Source: an uncultured Clostridia bacterium (GTDB taxonomy: Bacteria > Bacillota > Clostridia > Oscillospirales > Ruminococcaceae). Taken from it: a stretch of 64,000 nucleotides of DNA. Both the position numbers and the translations under genes were made by a program. Shown here piece by piece: positions 47,892 to 58,442 of this stretch. The stretch lies in assembly GCA_947623585.1 (NCBI GenBank), contig CANQHA010000006.1, positions 56,253 through 120,252 of the forward strand, in the 5' to 3' direction. The notes under the pieces are model-generated. The model was not told where the DNA came from. It made no database searches and saw only the letters and a list, made by a program, of their open reading frames with translations. Position 1 is the first letter of the stretch. Every line of letters starts with the position of its first letter.

Positions 47892-48137
47892 TCAGCCGTT
47901 CAGCTTTTTCGCAAGCTGAGACTTCTTTCTCGCCGCGGTGTTCTTGTGCAAAATTCCCTTGGCGCAAGCCTGATCGACCTTCTTGATAGCTGCTCTTACC
48001 GCTGCTTCCTTTTCAGCCGGTTCTGCGGCGTCTGCCTTCTTTATCGAGGTTTTGAGAGAACTTTTTATCATCTTGTTGCGGAGAGTTTTGGTTTCGATAA
48101 CTCTTACTCTTTTCTTTGCGGACTTAATGTTTGCCAA
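47892..48137 (-). CDS. rpsT: 30S ribosomal protein S20
   Basis: [13 protein letters not shown] start. Confidence 0.95.
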   Translation of the reverse strand: MANIKSAKKRVRVIETKTLRNKMIKSSLKTSIKKADAAEPAEKEAAVRAAIKKVDQACAKGILHKNTAARKKSQLAKKLNG

Positions 48138-48355
48138 TTAAGACACCTCCTTCTCTTAATCACCCGTCAGGGTATGAAATCCACTTATTTGGATAAGCTA
48201 ATTGCATGACTGAGAGAAAATGCAACAAGGGCAATGACTCCTTGCTTATTCAACAAGTATCAACAACTAATATATCACCTCGTTTCAAAAAAAGCAAGCC
48301 TTTTTTCAAATTTTTCTCAACAATTTTAAAAATTGTTTTAAAGGAGCATGATTTT

Positions 48356-49192
48356 ATGGATTTTGCCGGCAAAAGAACCGATCTCGCCTCGGAAAGCGCG
48401 CAGTCGGTCTCGTCCGAGGGCGGTCTTCCCGAGGGGATAAGCGTCAATGTGCGAAAAACCTCCGCGTTTGAGATAACCGAAATATCCGTCGATTCGGAGG
48501 ATGCCGCAAAAAGGATCGGAAAGCCGAGGGGCAGATATGTCACCCTTGAGACCGAGGCGCGAATTGAGCGAAGACCCGAAAATTTCGAGCAGTGCGTTTA
48601 TGACCTCGCCGACGAGATAAGCGCGATGATAGATTCGCCTGAAAGCGTTTTGGTCGTCGGGCTCGGAAACGAGGATATCACCCCCGACAGCCTCGGCCCG
48701 AGGACCGCCGCGCATATTTTTGCGACAAGGCATATAAAATCAAACGCCCCGCAGCTTATGAGCGCGGATTTGGGCGAGGTCTGCGCGATAACCCCCGGGG
48801 TTATGGGGCAGACGGGAATAGAAGCCTCGGAGATAGTCAAAACCGTCTGCGACGCGATAAAGCCCTCGGCAGTCATCGCGGTTGACGCCCTCGCCTGCTC
48901 GGAGCTTTCGCACCTCGGAAAAACCGTGCAGCTTTCAAACAGCGGCATCTCCCCGGGAAGCGGCGTGATGAATTCGCGAAAAGAGCTTTCAAGCGAGCTT
49001 TTGGGCGTTCCCTGCATAGCAGTCGGGGTGCCGACTATCGCCGACCTCAGCCAAAACGGCGAAACGCTGATGGTCACCCCGCGCTCGGTAGATAAAATGG
49101 TCGGCAGCTCGGCTCAGATCATCTCGGCCGCGATAAACCTTGCTTTGCACCGCGGAATGACCCTTGAAGAGATAATCAGCCTGACATCATGA
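48356..49192 (+). CDS. gpr: germination protease (GPR endopeptidase)
   Basis: ATG 48356 lies 9 nt after AAAGGAG. RTDLASE, VVGLGNEDITPDSLGP and AVDALA motifs. Confidence 0.85.
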   Translation: MDFAGKRTDLASESAQSVSSEGGLPEGISVNVRKTSAFEITEISVDSEDAAKRIGKPRGRYVTLETEARIERRPENFEQCVYDLADEISAMIDSPESVLVVGLGNEDITPDSLGPRTAAHIFATRHIKSNAPQLMSADLGEVCAITPGVMGQTGIEASEIVKTVCDAIKPSAVIAVDALACSELSHLGKTVQLSNSGISPGSGVMNSRKELSSELLGVPCIAVGVPTIADLSQNGETLMVTPRSVDKMVGSSAQIISAAINLALHRGMTLEEIISLTS

Positions 49193-49290
49193 GCACCAAA
49201 CAGGGAACATTTTTAAAAAAAGTCTTGACAATCAGCCCCGAGGGCGCTACACTATAACATGAAATAAATTTGACAGGAGGTTGTTCACAA

Positions 49291-49518
49291 ATGATTTACG
49301 AAAAGGTTAAGAAAATTATAGCCGAGCAGCTCGATATCGACGCAGACAGCATAAGCTATGAGTCGTCGATCACAGACGATCTCGGGGCGGACTCTTTGGA
49401 CGTTGTAGATCTTGTAATGTCGTTTGAGGACGAGTTCGGAGTTGAGATCCCCGACGACGCAGTCGAGAATATCCGCACCGTTTCCGATGTTGTTAAATAT
49501 CTGGAAGATAACCAGTGA
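49291..49518 (+). CDS. acpP: acyl carrier protein
   Basis: LGADSLD phosphopantetheine attachment motif. 75 aa from ATG 49291 after AGGAGG. Confidence 0.9.
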   Translation: MIYEKVKKIIAEQLDIDADSISYESSITDDLGADSLDVVDLVMSFEDEFGVEIPDDAVENIRTVSDVVKYLEDNQ

Positions 49519-49525
49519 CCCTTTT

Positions 49526-49558
49526 TCGCCCCGACATATCTCGGGGCGATTTGTTTTT
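49526..49558 (+). terminator. intrinsic terminator after acpP
   Basis: TCGCCCCGA-catatc-TCGGGGCGA followed by TTTGTTTTT. Confidence 0.8.
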
Positions 49559-49580
49559 CAAAAAAATTTTTTCCGAGCTA

Positions 49581-49609
49581 TTGACAAATCGCAAAAGCGG
49601 AGTTATAAT
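49581..49609 (+). promoter_or_regulatory. consensus sigma-A promoter of trp leader
   Basis: TTGACA, 17-nt spacer, TATAAT. Confidence 0.7.
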
Positions 49610-49615
49610 TTTGAT

Positions 49616-49895
49616 ATCTTAAACCGTTGAAGCGGAAGTAAAGGCGAAAAAGTCCGCACAGAGAGCCCGGGCTGATGAGAACCGGGTCGAAAACATTTCG
49701 TCAAATGGACCGCCGAGGGCGCAGTCAAAGGCTTTGGCCGAGTATTCTGCGACGTTTGGCATACGTTAGTTGCCGGGGGCATGAAGTGCCTCGCAGAGCG
49801 CGCCGTTTTTTCGGCGAATCAAGGTGGCAACGCGGATAGCAGGCTATTCGTCCTTGACAGACTTTCTGTCCGGGGCGTTTCTTTTTATATCCCCG
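49616..49895 (+). promoter_or_regulatory. T-box riboswitch leader, tryptophan specifier (UGG)
   Basis: AGAGAG element. Specifier context AAA-UGG-A at 49706-49708. T-box AATCAAGGTGGCAACGCGG (49818-49835), whose UGGC matches a G73 discriminator. U-run at 49878-49885. Confidence 0.85.
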
Positions 49896-49918
49896 AACTA
49901 AATATTCAGGAGGCTTCG

Positions 49919-51394
49919 ATGAAATTTACACCCGACATTGAAACAGTAAAAGAGATCGCCGCAAAAAAGCAGTATAAGGTCTGCCCAGTTTCCTGCGAGC
50001 TTCTTTCAGACAGCTTTACCCCGATAGAGATACTCCGCATTTTAAAGACCCTCTCGAACCACTGCTATCTGCTCGAATCGGTCGAGGGAAAGGAAAAGTG
50101 GGGGCGTTATACCTTTCTCGGCTATGACCCGAAAATGGAGATAACCTATTCGGGCGGAGTGCTTTCGGCGGGCGGCAGAAAATTTGAGACCAAAGACCCC
50201 GCCTCGGTGATAAGAGACATTCTAAAAGAGTATAAAAGCCCGAAGATCAAGGGGCTGCCGCCTTTCACCGGCGGGCTCGTCGGATATTTCGCTTACGACT
50301 ATTTCGGAGACGTCGAGCCGGCGGCGCACGTCGATGTTTCGGACGAGGAGGATTTCAGAGACCTCGACCTCATGCTTTTCGACAGGGTCATCGCCTTTGA
50401 CAATTTCCGTCAAAAGCTGATACTTATAACGAACATCTCTCTTGACGACGCCGAAAAAGCCTATGAAAACGCCGAGCGGCAGCTTGAAGCCCTTTCGGAG
50501 CTTTTGAAAACTAAGCGCGGGAACATTCCCGAGGAGCGCGGAGGCAGGCTTTTGAGCGAGGTCGTGCCGCTTTTCAAAAGAGAGGCTTACTGCTCGATGG
50601 TCGAGCGCGCAAAACACTATATCCGCGAGGGAGACATTTTCCAGATAGTCCTCTCAAACCGCCTCAGCGCAAAATTCGAGGGCAGCCTTCTCGGCACATA
50701 CCGAATTCTTCGGACGATTAACCCCTCGCCCTATATGTTTTATCTCTGCGGCACCGACGTTGAGGTCGCGGGGGCATCGCCCGAAACGCTCGTAAAGCTC
50801 GAAAACGGAGTGCTGCACACATTCCCTCTTGCCGGCACAAGACCCCGGGGCAAGACCGAGGCCGAGGACGCCGCGCTTGAGGCCGAGCTTTTAAAAGACG
50901 AAAAAGAGCTTGCCGAGCACAATATGCTCGTCGATCTCGGAAGAAACGACCTCGGAAAAATCAGCCGCTTCGGCACCGTCGAGGTCGAAAAATATCACTC
51001 TATCGAGCGCTATTCTCACGTTATGCACATCGGCTCGACCGTCAGGGGAGAAATCGACAGCGAAAAATTCGACGCGCTCGACGCCGTCGGAGCGGTGCTG
51101 CCGGCGGGCACTCTTTCGGGCGCGCCGAAAATAAGGGCGTGCCAGCTTATCGGCGAGCTTGAAAACAACAAGCGCGGCATCTATGGCGGGGCGATAGGAT
51201 ATATCGACTTCACCGGAAACCTCGACACCTGCATAGCGATACGGATAGCCTATAAGAAAAACGGCAAGGTGTTCGTGCGCTCGGGTGCGGGGATAGTCGC
51301 TGATTCTGTACCCGAAAAGGAATTCGAGGAGTGCCTCAACAAGGCGGCGGCCGTTCTGAGCGCGCTTAAACAGGCTGAGGAGGCGGAGCTATGA
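49919..51394 (+). CDS. trpE: anthranilate synthase component I
   Basis: ATG 49919 after AGGAGG. LESV, GTRPRG and GGAIGY motifs. Confidence 0.9.
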   Translation: MKFTPDIETVKEIAAKKQYKVCPVSCELLSDSFTPIEILRILKTLSNHCYLLESVEGKEKWGRYTFLGYDPKMEITYSGGVLSAGGRKFETKDPASVIRDILKEYKSPKIKGLPPFTGGLVGYFAYDYFGDVEPAAHVDVSDEEDFRDLDLMLFDRVIAFDNFRQKLILITNISLDDAEKAYENAERQLEALSELLKTKRGNIPEERGGRLLSEVVPLFKREAYCSMVERAKHYIREGDIFQIVLSNRLSAKFEGSLLGTYRILRTINPSPYMFYLCGTDVEVAGASPETLVKLENGVLHTFPLAGTRPRGKTEAEDAALEAELLKDEKELAEHNMLVDLGRNDLGKISRFGTVEVEKYHSIERYSHVMHIGSTVRGEIDSEKFDALDAVGAVLPAGTLSGAPKIRACQLIGELENNKRGIYGGAIGYIDFTGNLDTCIAIRIAYKKNGKVFVRSGAGIVADSVPEKEFEECLNKAAAVLSALKQAEEAEL

Positions 51395-51960
51395 TTCTTC
51401 TTATCGACAACTATGACAGCTTTTCATATAACCTTTATCAGATGATCGGAGCAATAGAGCCGGATATCCGCGTTATACGAAACGACGAGCTCAGCATTTC
51501 TCAGATAGCGGCGCTGAAGCCCTCGCGCATTATCCTCTCGCCCGGCCCCGGAAGACCCGAGGACGCGGGAGTTACCCAAGAGGTCGCCGCAACGGTATCT
51601 AAAACCGTGCCGACGCTCGGGGTCTGCCTCGGTCATCAGGCGATATGTCAGGCTTACGGCGCAACGGTCACCTATGCTTCAAGGCTTATGCACGGCAAAC
51701 AGTCCGAGGTCAGGTTCGACCCCGACTGCCCGCTGTTCAAGGGGCTTCCCGAAAAAGCGCTTGTGGCAAGATATCACTCTCTTGCCGCCGACCCGAAGAC
51801 CGTTCCCGACTGCCTTAAAATCACCGCCGTCACCGACGAGGGCGAGATAATGGCGGCTCAGCACAAAGACTTTCCCATCTTCGGCGTGCAGTTTCACCCC
51901 GAAAGCATCATGACCCCCGACGGCAAAAAGATGCTCGAAAACTTTATCTTCAGCCTATGA
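51391..51960 (+). CDS. trpG: anthranilate synthase component II (glutamine amidotransferase)
   Basis: GVCLGHQ catalytic Cys and FHPES motif; overlaps the trpE stop. Confidence 0.9.
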   Translation: MILLIDNYDSFSYNLYQMIGAIEPDIRVIRNDELSISQIAALKPSRIILSPGPGRPEDAGVTQEVAATVSKTVPTLGVCLGHQAICQAYGATVTYASRLMHGKQSEVRFDPDCPLFKGLPEKALVARYHSLAADPKTVPDCLKITAVTDEGEIMAAQHKDFPIFGVQFHPESIMTPDGKKMLENFIFSL

Positions 51961-52736
51961 TAAAGCGAATAGATAAAAAAGAGGCTTCGATCGCCGACTT
52001 TGCAAAAAAGCGGCAGCGCCTCAGCCCGACCCTTTCAAGCGGCGGAGATTTTTTGAACCGCCTTTTCAAATCAGATATTCTGCTCGCCTCTTTCGACGAT
52101 GAGCTAAACGGGCTTTTTGCTTTCACTGTGATGCCGAACGACTGCTATATCGAATGTATGGCGGCGCTTTCGGACCGCCCCGAGGCGTTTTCCGAGGTCT
52201 TAGACTGCCTCAAAGCCCGCTTTAAGGGCTTCACCTCGGATTGGGTGGTAAACCCCCGCCACGAAGCCGCAAATTCGGCTCTTTCGGCAAGCGGCGCCGA
52301 GGCTTTCTCGCCGCTTTTCGGATATATCCTTGAAAGCCCGAAAACATTCCCCGAGGATAAAAGAATAAAGCCTCTTTCCGAAAAAACCGCGCCCGAGTAT
52401 ATTTTGAGGCACCCGACCGACTGCTACTGGACGGCGCAAAGGGTCATAAAGTCCGAAAACTTCAAGGTCTTCACCGCCTTTTGCGAAGAAAAGTTGGCGG
52501 GATATATCGACGTTCGCGTCGGAAAAGATATGAGCGAGCCGTATGATTTAAACGTCTTTGAGGGCTTCGGGAGCAAGGGTCTTAAAGAAGCGCTTTTAAA
52601 GGCCGCGGTGACGGCGGCAGGGTCGCCGGTTTTCATGATGACCGAGGGCGAAAGCGAGGAGCTTTCCGCTCTCAGCGCGGCGGGGTTTATACCTAAACCC
52701 GAGACCGACAATATCACCTATCGCATTGAGTTTTAA
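51957..52736 (+). CDS. hypothetical protein, possibly tandem GNAT-like fold, embedded in trp operon
   Basis: ATG overlaps the trpG stop (ATGA). The C-terminal half has a weak GNAT motif-A-like stretch (VFEGFGSKGLKEALLKAAV). No homology search was possible. Confidence 0.45.
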   Translation: MIKRIDKKEASIADFAKKRQRLSPTLSSGGDFLNRLFKSDILLASFDDELNGLFAFTVMPNDCYIECMAALSDRPEAFSEVLDCLKARFKGFTSDWVVNPRHEAANSALSASGAEAFSPLFGYILESPKTFPEDKRIKPLSEKTAPEYILRHPTDCYWTAQRVIKSENFKVFTAFCEEKLAGYIDVRVGKDMSEPYDLNVFEGFGSKGLKEALLKAAVTAAGSPVFMMTEGESEELSALSAAGFIPKPETDNITYRIEF

Positions 52737-52766
52737 TACATAATTATTATATCAGGAGGAATTAAC

Positions 52767-53789
52767 ATGATCAAAGAAGCAATCGCAAAAATCGTAACGA
52801 AGCAGGACCTCAGCTATGACGAGGCGTACGGAGTTATGATGGAAATCATGAAGGGCGAGACTACGCCGACCCAGAACGCGGCGTTTTTGGCCGCGCTTTC
52901 AACAAAAAGCACCAAGGCCGAGACTATCGACGAGATAGCCGGCTGCGCCGCCGCGATGAGAGACAACGCGCTCAAGGTCGATACCGACGGCTTGGAGCTT
53001 TTGGAGATAGTCGGCACCGGAGGAGACAACGCGGGATCGATAAATATTTCCACCACTGCGGCGATAATCACCGCCTCGGCCGGAATTAAGGTAGCAAAGC
53101 ACGGCAACCGCGCTGCAAGCTCGAAATGCGGCGCCGCCGACTGCCTTGAAGCCCTCGGGGTCAACATCGACCTCGCGCCCGAAAAGTGCAGAGAGCTGCT
53201 CGAAAAAATCGGCATTTGCTTCTTCTTCGCGCAAAAATATCACCCCTCGATGAAATACGTCGGCGCTATCCGCCGCGAGCTCGGCTTCAGAACAGTTTTC
53301 AACATCTTGGGCCCGCTGACCAACCCCGCTCACCCGAAGCTCCAGCTTCTCGGAGTTTACGACGAATCCCTCTGCGAGCCGCTCGCTAAGGTTTTGATGA
53401 GCCTCGGCGTCAAGCGCGGAATGGTCGTTTACGGTCAGGATAAGCTGGACGAGATATCCTTAAGCTCAAAAACCACCGTCTGCGAGTTCAAGGACGATAT
53501 GTATAAAACCTATGTCATAAGCCCCGAGGAATTCGGCTTTAAGACCTGCAAAAAATCCGACCTCGCCGGCGGCACCCCAGAGGAAAACGCCGCCATCACC
53601 CGCGCTATTCTCTTGGGCGAGGAGCACGGCGCAAAGAGAAACGCGGTGCTCATGAACGCAGGCGCGGCTATTTACATCGGCAAAAAGGCCGAAAGCGTCG
53701 CCGAGGGAATAAAGCTCGCAGCTCAGCTTGTCGATTCGGGAGCGGCCGCGAAAAAGCTCGACGAGTTCATCGCCGCTTCAAAAGCCTGA
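52767..53789 (+). CDS. trpD: anthranilate phosphoribosyltransferase
   Basis: GTGGD and KHGNRAASS motifs. Confidence 0.9.
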   Translation: MIKEAIAKIVTKQDLSYDEAYGVMMEIMKGETTPTQNAAFLAALSTKSTKAETIDEIAGCAAAMRDNALKVDTDGLELLEIVGTGGDNAGSINISTTAAIITASAGIKVAKHGNRAASSKCGAADCLEALGVNIDLAPEKCRELLEKIGICFFFAQKYHPSMKYVGAIRRELGFRTVFNILGPLTNPAHPKLQLLGVYDESLCEPLAKVLMSLGVKRGMVVYGQDKLDEISLSSKTTVCEFKDDMYKTYVISPEEFGFKTCKKSDLAGGTPEENAAITRAILLGEEHGAKRNAVLMNAGAAIYIGKKAESVAEGIKLAAQLVDSGAAAKKLDEFIAASKA

Positions 53790-53790
53790 T

Positions 53791-54570
53791 ATGAATATTC
53801 TTGAAGTTTTAGCCGAAAGCGCAAGGCTGCGCGTTGAGGAAAGCGAGCGGCAGCTTTCAAAAAAAGACGCCGAAAGGGCCGCTTTGGCGCTTCCGAGGCT
53901 CGAGTTCGAGTTTGAGCGGGCGCTCAAAAAGGACGGTATGTCCTTTATCTGCGAATGCAAAAAAGCGTCGCCGTCAAAGGGGCTCATCTCGCCCGATTTT
54001 CCCTATCTTGAAATAGCAAGGGATTATCAGCTTGCGGGCGCCGACGCGATATCCGTTCTGACCGAGCCGACGAAATTTTTAGGCAGCGGCGAATACCTCC
54101 GCGAAATAGCGAAAAGCGTTCAGATCCCCTGCCTGCGCAAGGATTTCACCGTTGACGACTATATGATCTTTGAGGCGAGGATTTTGGGCGCAAGCGCGGT
54201 GCTTTTGATATGCTCGATTCTCGAGCCGGAAAGGATAAAGGACTATATCGCGGTCTGCGATACGCTCGGACTTTCGGCGCTCGTCGAGGCTCATACCGAG
54301 CGCGAGGTGGAGACCGCCCTTAAATGCGGGGCGAGGGTCGTCGGAGTAAACAACCGAAACCTCGGCGACTTCTCGGTAAATCAGGAAAACAGCGGGCGTT
54401 TAAGAAGCCTCGTGCCGAAAGACAGGGTGTTCGTCTCGGAAAGCGGGGTCTTTAAAAGAGAGGACATAAAGAGGCTCGAAGATATCGGCGCTGACGCCGT
54501 TTTGGTCGGAGAAGCCCTTATGCGGGCGGAGAACAGGGTCGAAAAGCTGCGGGAGCTGAGGGGAACATGA
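53791..54570 (+). CDS. trpC: indole-3-glycerol phosphate synthase
   Basis: ATG 53791. ECKKASPSKG, VLTE and VGVNNRNL motifs. Confidence 0.9.
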   Translation: MNILEVLAESARLRVEESERQLSKKDAERAALALPRLEFEFERALKKDGMSFICECKKASPSKGLISPDFPYLEIARDYQLAGADAISVLTEPTKFLGSGEYLREIAKSVQIPCLRKDFTVDDYMIFEARILGASAVLLICSILEPERIKDYIAVCDTLGLSALVEAHTEREVETALKCGARVVGVNNRNLGDFSVNQENSGRLRSLVPKDRVFVSESGVFKREDIKRLEDIGADAVLVGEALMRAENRVEKLRELRGT

Positions 54571-55169
54571 CAAAGATAAAATTCTGCGGCATAAGAAGCC
54601 CCGAGACCGCCGAGATCATCAACGAGATAAGACCCGATTTCGTCGGATTTGTTCTTGCGCCTAAGTTTTGGCGCTGCATAGACCGCGAAACGCTTGGGCT
54701 TCTTTGCCGAAAAATCGACCGCGATATCCCGAGGGTAGGAGTTTTCGTCGATAACCCCTTTGACGAGGCGGCGGAGCTTTTAAAAAGCGGGATAATAGAC
54801 TATGCGCAGCTTCACGGAAGCGAGGACGAGCGATTTATCGAAAGGCTTCAAAAAGCCGGGGGAAAAGTCATCAAAGCCTTTAAAATAGCCTCTTTGAGCG
54901 ACGCCGAAAGGGCGCTTTTGTCGCCCGCCGACTATGTTCTTTTGGACTCGGGCACCGGAAGCGGCGAGCTTTTCGACTGGTCGTTTGCAAAACGCTTCGG
55001 GCGAGAATTCTTTCTTGCGGGAGGGCTTTGCCCCGAAAACGCCGCCGAAGCGGTCAAAACCTGCCGCCCGTTCGCGCTCGACGTAAGCTCGGGCATCGAA
55101 ACAAACGGCGCAAAAGACCCCGATAAAATGCGGCGCTTCGCAGAAGCCGTCCGCAGCACACAAATATAA
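54567..55169 (+). CDS. trpF: phosphoribosylanthranilate isomerase
   Basis: KFCGI start and LDS..GG motifs; operon position. Confidence 0.85.
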   Translation: MTKIKFCGIRSPETAEIINEIRPDFVGFVLAPKFWRCIDRETLGLLCRKIDRDIPRVGVFVDNPFDEAAELLKSGIIDYAQLHGSEDERFIERLQKAGGKVIKAFKIASLSDAERALLSPADYVLLDSGTGSGELFDWSFAKRFGREFFLAGGLCPENAAEAVKTCRPFALDVSSGIETNGAKDPDKMRRFAEAVRSTQI

Positions 55170-55182
55170 AGGAGAGATCGTT

Positions 55183-56373
55183 ATGTCAAATCCGAAAGGG
55201 CGTTTCGGAATCCACGGCGGACAGTATATACCAGAAACGCTTATGAACGCCGTTATCGAGCTTGAGGCGGCCTATAACAAATATAAGGACGACCCCGAAT
55301 TCGTCGGCGAGCTGAACGCTCTGCTCAACGAATACGCGGGCAGACCCTCGCGGCTTTATTACGCCGAAAAAATGACCCGCGACCTCGGCGGAGCGAAGAT
55401 ATATTTAAAGCGCGAGGATTTAAACCACACCGGCGCGCATAAAATCAACAATGTTCTCGGGCAGGCGCTTTTGGCAAAGAAGATGGGCAAAACCCGCCTT
55501 ATCGCCGAAACAGGCGCAGGTCAGCACGGCGTTGCGACCGCGACCGCGGCGGCTCTTTTGGGAATGGAGTGCGTCGTTTTCATGGGAGAAGAGGACACAA
55601 AGCGGCAGGCCCTTAACGTCTATCGCATGAGGCTTTTGGGGGCGGAGGTAATTCCGGTCAAAACCGGCACAGCAACGCTTAAAGACGCCGTCAGCGAGGC
55701 CATGCGCGAGTGGACAAAGCGCATTTCGGACACTCACTATTGCCTCGGCTCGGTCATGGGACCTCACCCTTTCCCGACGATAGTCAGGGATTTTCAGGCG
55801 GTAATCTCAAAAGAAATAAAGGAGCAGCTTCTTGAAAAAGAGGGAAAGCTGCCCGACGCGGTTATCGCCTGCGTCGGCGGCGGCTCGAATGCGATAGGCA
55901 GCTTCTATAACTTCATAAACGACGAAAGCGTGGCGCTTATCGGCTGCGAGGCCGCGGGGCGCGGAGTTGACACCTTTGAGACCGCCGCTACCATCGCGAC
56001 GGGAAAGCTCGGAATTTTCCACGGTATGAAGTCTTATTTCTGCCAGGACGAATTCGGGCAGATAGCGCCGGTCTACTCCATCTCGGCGGGGCTTGACTAT
56101 CCCGGCGTCGGGCCCGAGCACGCTCATCTTCACGATATCGGCCGGGCGCAGTATGTTCCGATAACCGACGACGAGGCCGTCGAGGCGTTTGAATACCTTG
56201 CGAAGACCGAGGGGATAATCCCCGCGATAGAATCGGCTCACGCGGTCGCATACGCCATGAAGACAGCTCCGAAAATGGAAAAGGACAAAATCATCGTCGT
56301 GACCCTCTCGGGCAGGGGCGACAAGGACTGCGCGGCAATTGCAAGATACAGAGGTGAAGATATAAATGAATAG
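55183..56373 (+). CDS. trpB: tryptophan synthase beta chain
   Basis: [12 protein letters not shown]-lysine motif and GGGSNA. Confidence 0.95.
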   Translation: MSNPKGRFGIHGGQYIPETLMNAVIELEAAYNKYKDDPEFVGELNALLNEYAGRPSRLYYAEKMTRDLGGAKIYLKREDLNHTGAHKINNVLGQALLAKKMGKTRLIAETGAGQHGVATATAAALLGMECVVFMGEEDTKRQALNVYRMRLLGAEVIPVKTGTATLKDAVSEAMREWTKRISDTHYCLGSVMGPHPFPTIVRDFQAVISKEIKEQLLEKEGKLPDAVIACVGGGSNAIGSFYNFINDESVALIGCEAAGRGVDTFETAATIATGKLGIFHGMKSYFCQDEFGQIAPVYSISAGLDYPGVGPEHAHLHDIGRAQYVPITDDEAVEAFEYLAKTEGIIPAIESAHAVAYAMKTAPKMEKDKIIVVTLSGRGDKDCAAIARYRGEDINE

Positions 56374-57133
56374 GATAAAAGACGCTTTTTCGCACGGAAA
56401 GGCATTTATACCCTTTATAACCTGCGGCGACCCCGACCTTGAGACCACCGCGAAAGTCGTTCGCGAGGCGGTAAAAAACGGTGCCGACTTAATCGAGCTC
56501 GGCATACCCTTTTCGGACCCGACCGCCGAGGGGCCGGTCATTCAGGGCGCAAATATCCGCGCTTTGGCGGGAGGAGTTACTACCGACAAGGTGTTTGACC
56601 TTGTTAAAGACCTTCGCGGCGACGTTAAAATCCCGCTGGTGTTCATGACCTATGCCAACGTTGTTTTCAGCTATGGCGCCGAGAGGTTCATCTCGACCTG
56701 CAAAGAGGTCGGGATCGACGGAATAATTCTCCCCGACCTGCCCTATGAGGAAAGAGAGGAGTTCGAGCCGGTCTGCCAAAAATACGGCGTCGCGCTCATT
56801 CCGCTCATCGCTCCGACCTCGGAAAATCGCATTGCGATGATTGCAAAGGCCGCCGAGGGCTTTATCTACGTTGTTTCAAGCCTCGGCGTGACCGGCGAGC
56901 GAAAGGAAATCACGACCGATATCGGCGCAATAGTTAAGGTGATCCGTGAAAACACCGACGTCCCCTGCGCGGTCGGTTTCGGAATATCTACCCCCGAGCA
57001 GGCGAAAAAAATGTCCGCCCTCTCGGACGGCGCGATAGTCGGCTCGGCAATAATCAAAATCATCGAAAAACACGGCAAAGACGCCGCGCCTTACGTCGGG
57101 GAATATGTTAAGTCGATGAAAGACGCGATGTGA
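56366..57133 (+). CDS. trpA: tryptophan synthase alpha chain
   Basis: [14 protein letters not shown] motif. Confidence 0.95.
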   Translation: MNRIKDAFSHGKAFIPFITCGDPDLETTAKVVREAVKNGADLIELGIPFSDPTAEGPVIQGANIRALAGGVTTDKVFDLVKDLRGDVKIPLVFMTYANVVFSYGAERFISTCKEVGIDGIILPDLPYEEREEFEPVCQKYGVALIPLIAPTSENRIAMIAKAAEGFIYVVSSLGVTGERKEITTDIGAIVKVIRENTDVPCAVGFGISTPEQAKKMSALSDGAIVGSAIIKIIEKHGKDAAPYVGEYVKSMKDAM

Positions 57134-57150
57134 AGCCTTAGGAGGCTCCC

Positions 57151-57927
57151 ATGGATTTTCTTGAAAACTACTATCAAAACTACGACGAGGACGGCAGACT
57201 GCTTTCGCAGCACGGTCAGGTCGAGTATATCACCACCCAGAAGTACATACACGAGTATCTTCGCTCGGGCTCGGTGCTTGAAGTCGGCGCGGGCACCGGC
57301 AGATACAGCGTAGCGCTCGCAAAGGAGGGCTTTGAGGTCACTGCGGTCGAGCTTGTCTCTCACAACCTTGAAATTCTTCGCCAAAAGCTCGACGGCAGCG
57401 AAAAAATCACCGTCTTGCAGGGAAACGCGCTCGATCTGTCCGCGTTTTCGGACAATTCGTTTGACATGACGCTGCTTCTGGGACCGATGTATCACCTCTA
57501 TTCAAAAGAGGATAAAATATGCGCGCTGTCGGAGGCGGTTCGGGTCACGAAGCCGAGGGGGTATATTCTCGTTGCCTACTGCATGAACGAGCCGACGGTC
57601 ATACAATATGTCTTCGGGCTGAACAAGCTGCACGAGGTGATGGAGCTTAAAATGCTCACGCCGGACTGGCACTGCGTGAGCGAGCCGAGGGAGATTTTTG
57701 AGCTTGTCCGCACCGAGGACATAGCCGAGCTTGACGCGGAGGTTCCCGTGAGACGGGTCAAATTGGTGGCCACGGACGGCGCGACAAACTATAAGCGGGA
57801 ATACATCGACGCCATGGACAAAGAGACCTTTGCAAAGTGGGTAGAGTATCACCTCGCGACCTGCGAGCGGCAGGACCTCATCGGCGCTTCGCACCATACG
57901 CTGGATATTTTGCGGAAGAGAGAATGA
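57151..57927 (+). CDS. class I SAM-dependent methyltransferase
   Basis: VLEVGAGTGRYS motif I. Starts 17 nt after the trpA stop behind AGGAGG, with no intervening terminator. Confidence 0.8.
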   Translation: MDFLENYYQNYDEDGRLLSQHGQVEYITTQKYIHEYLRSGSVLEVGAGTGRYSVALAKEGFEVTAVELVSHNLEILRQKLDGSEKITVLQGNALDLSAFSDNSFDMTLLLGPMYHLYSKEDKICALSEAVRVTKPRGYILVAYCMNEPTVIQYVFGLNKLHEVMELKMLTPDWHCVSEPREIFELVRTEDIAELDAEVPVRRVKLVATDGATNYKREYIDAMDKETFAKWVEYHLATCERQDLIGASHHTLDILRKRE

Positions 57928-58018
57928 AAGAGGACAAAAGGGAGCTGTTGCGGAGGAATCCGAGCAAATCAGGGGCTTACAGCAATTACTTGCTTTCTGC
58001 GGAGCTTGAACAGCCGCT

Positions 58019-58242
58019 AAAAAGGTATCCATATTTTCCTCTGCTGGAAAATATGGATGCTATCGGGAGTCACCCCACCCCCCGCTATGGTGCCTGCGGG
58101 CTGGGATAAATGAAGAGGCCCCCTCCCCTCGAGGGGCGGGGGCATTGCCATGTAGTGCTTCACTACAAAACTTTGACGGGGTGGGGTGATTTAAAATAGC
58201 ATGAAATCACTCCCTCGAAAGAGGGAGCGATTGAATACCTTT
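58019..58242 (+). repeat. mosaic hairpin repeat, copy 2 (A - core B - C), followed by partial module D at 58268-58305
   Basis: Colinear with 25173-25398. Core bounded by TCACCCCACCCCCCGC (58070-58085) and CGGGGTGGGGTGA (58177-58189). Confidence 0.85.
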
Positions 58243-58349
58243 AAAGCAGTTGCTCCGACTTGCGTCAAAAGTTCAATGGCAACAAAACCCGCTCATGTTG
58301 CCCTCAAGGATCGGGGACCCCTCCCCCCAAAAAATTTTCTCCCCACCCC

Positions 58350-58378
58350 TTGACAAAATCTCGGCGCTGTGCTATACT
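58350..58378 (+). promoter_or_regulatory. sigma-A promoter of sdpR-like operon
   Basis: TTGACA, 17-nt spacer, TGcTATACT (extended -10). Confidence 0.6.
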
Positions 58379-58442
58379 TCAATTAACATTTAAGTTAAAT
58401 GTTAAGCGTTAGCGGCCAAAAGCCGCAAAAAGGAGTGATGAA

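Noticed and set aside
47365-47919. 184-aa plus-strand Ser-rich ORF overlapping the low-complexity lipoprotein gene
   Set aside because: It is a mirror frame of a repetitive S/T/E/P coding region. The minus-strand ORF has an RBS plus lipobox signal peptide, while the plus-strand one has neither.
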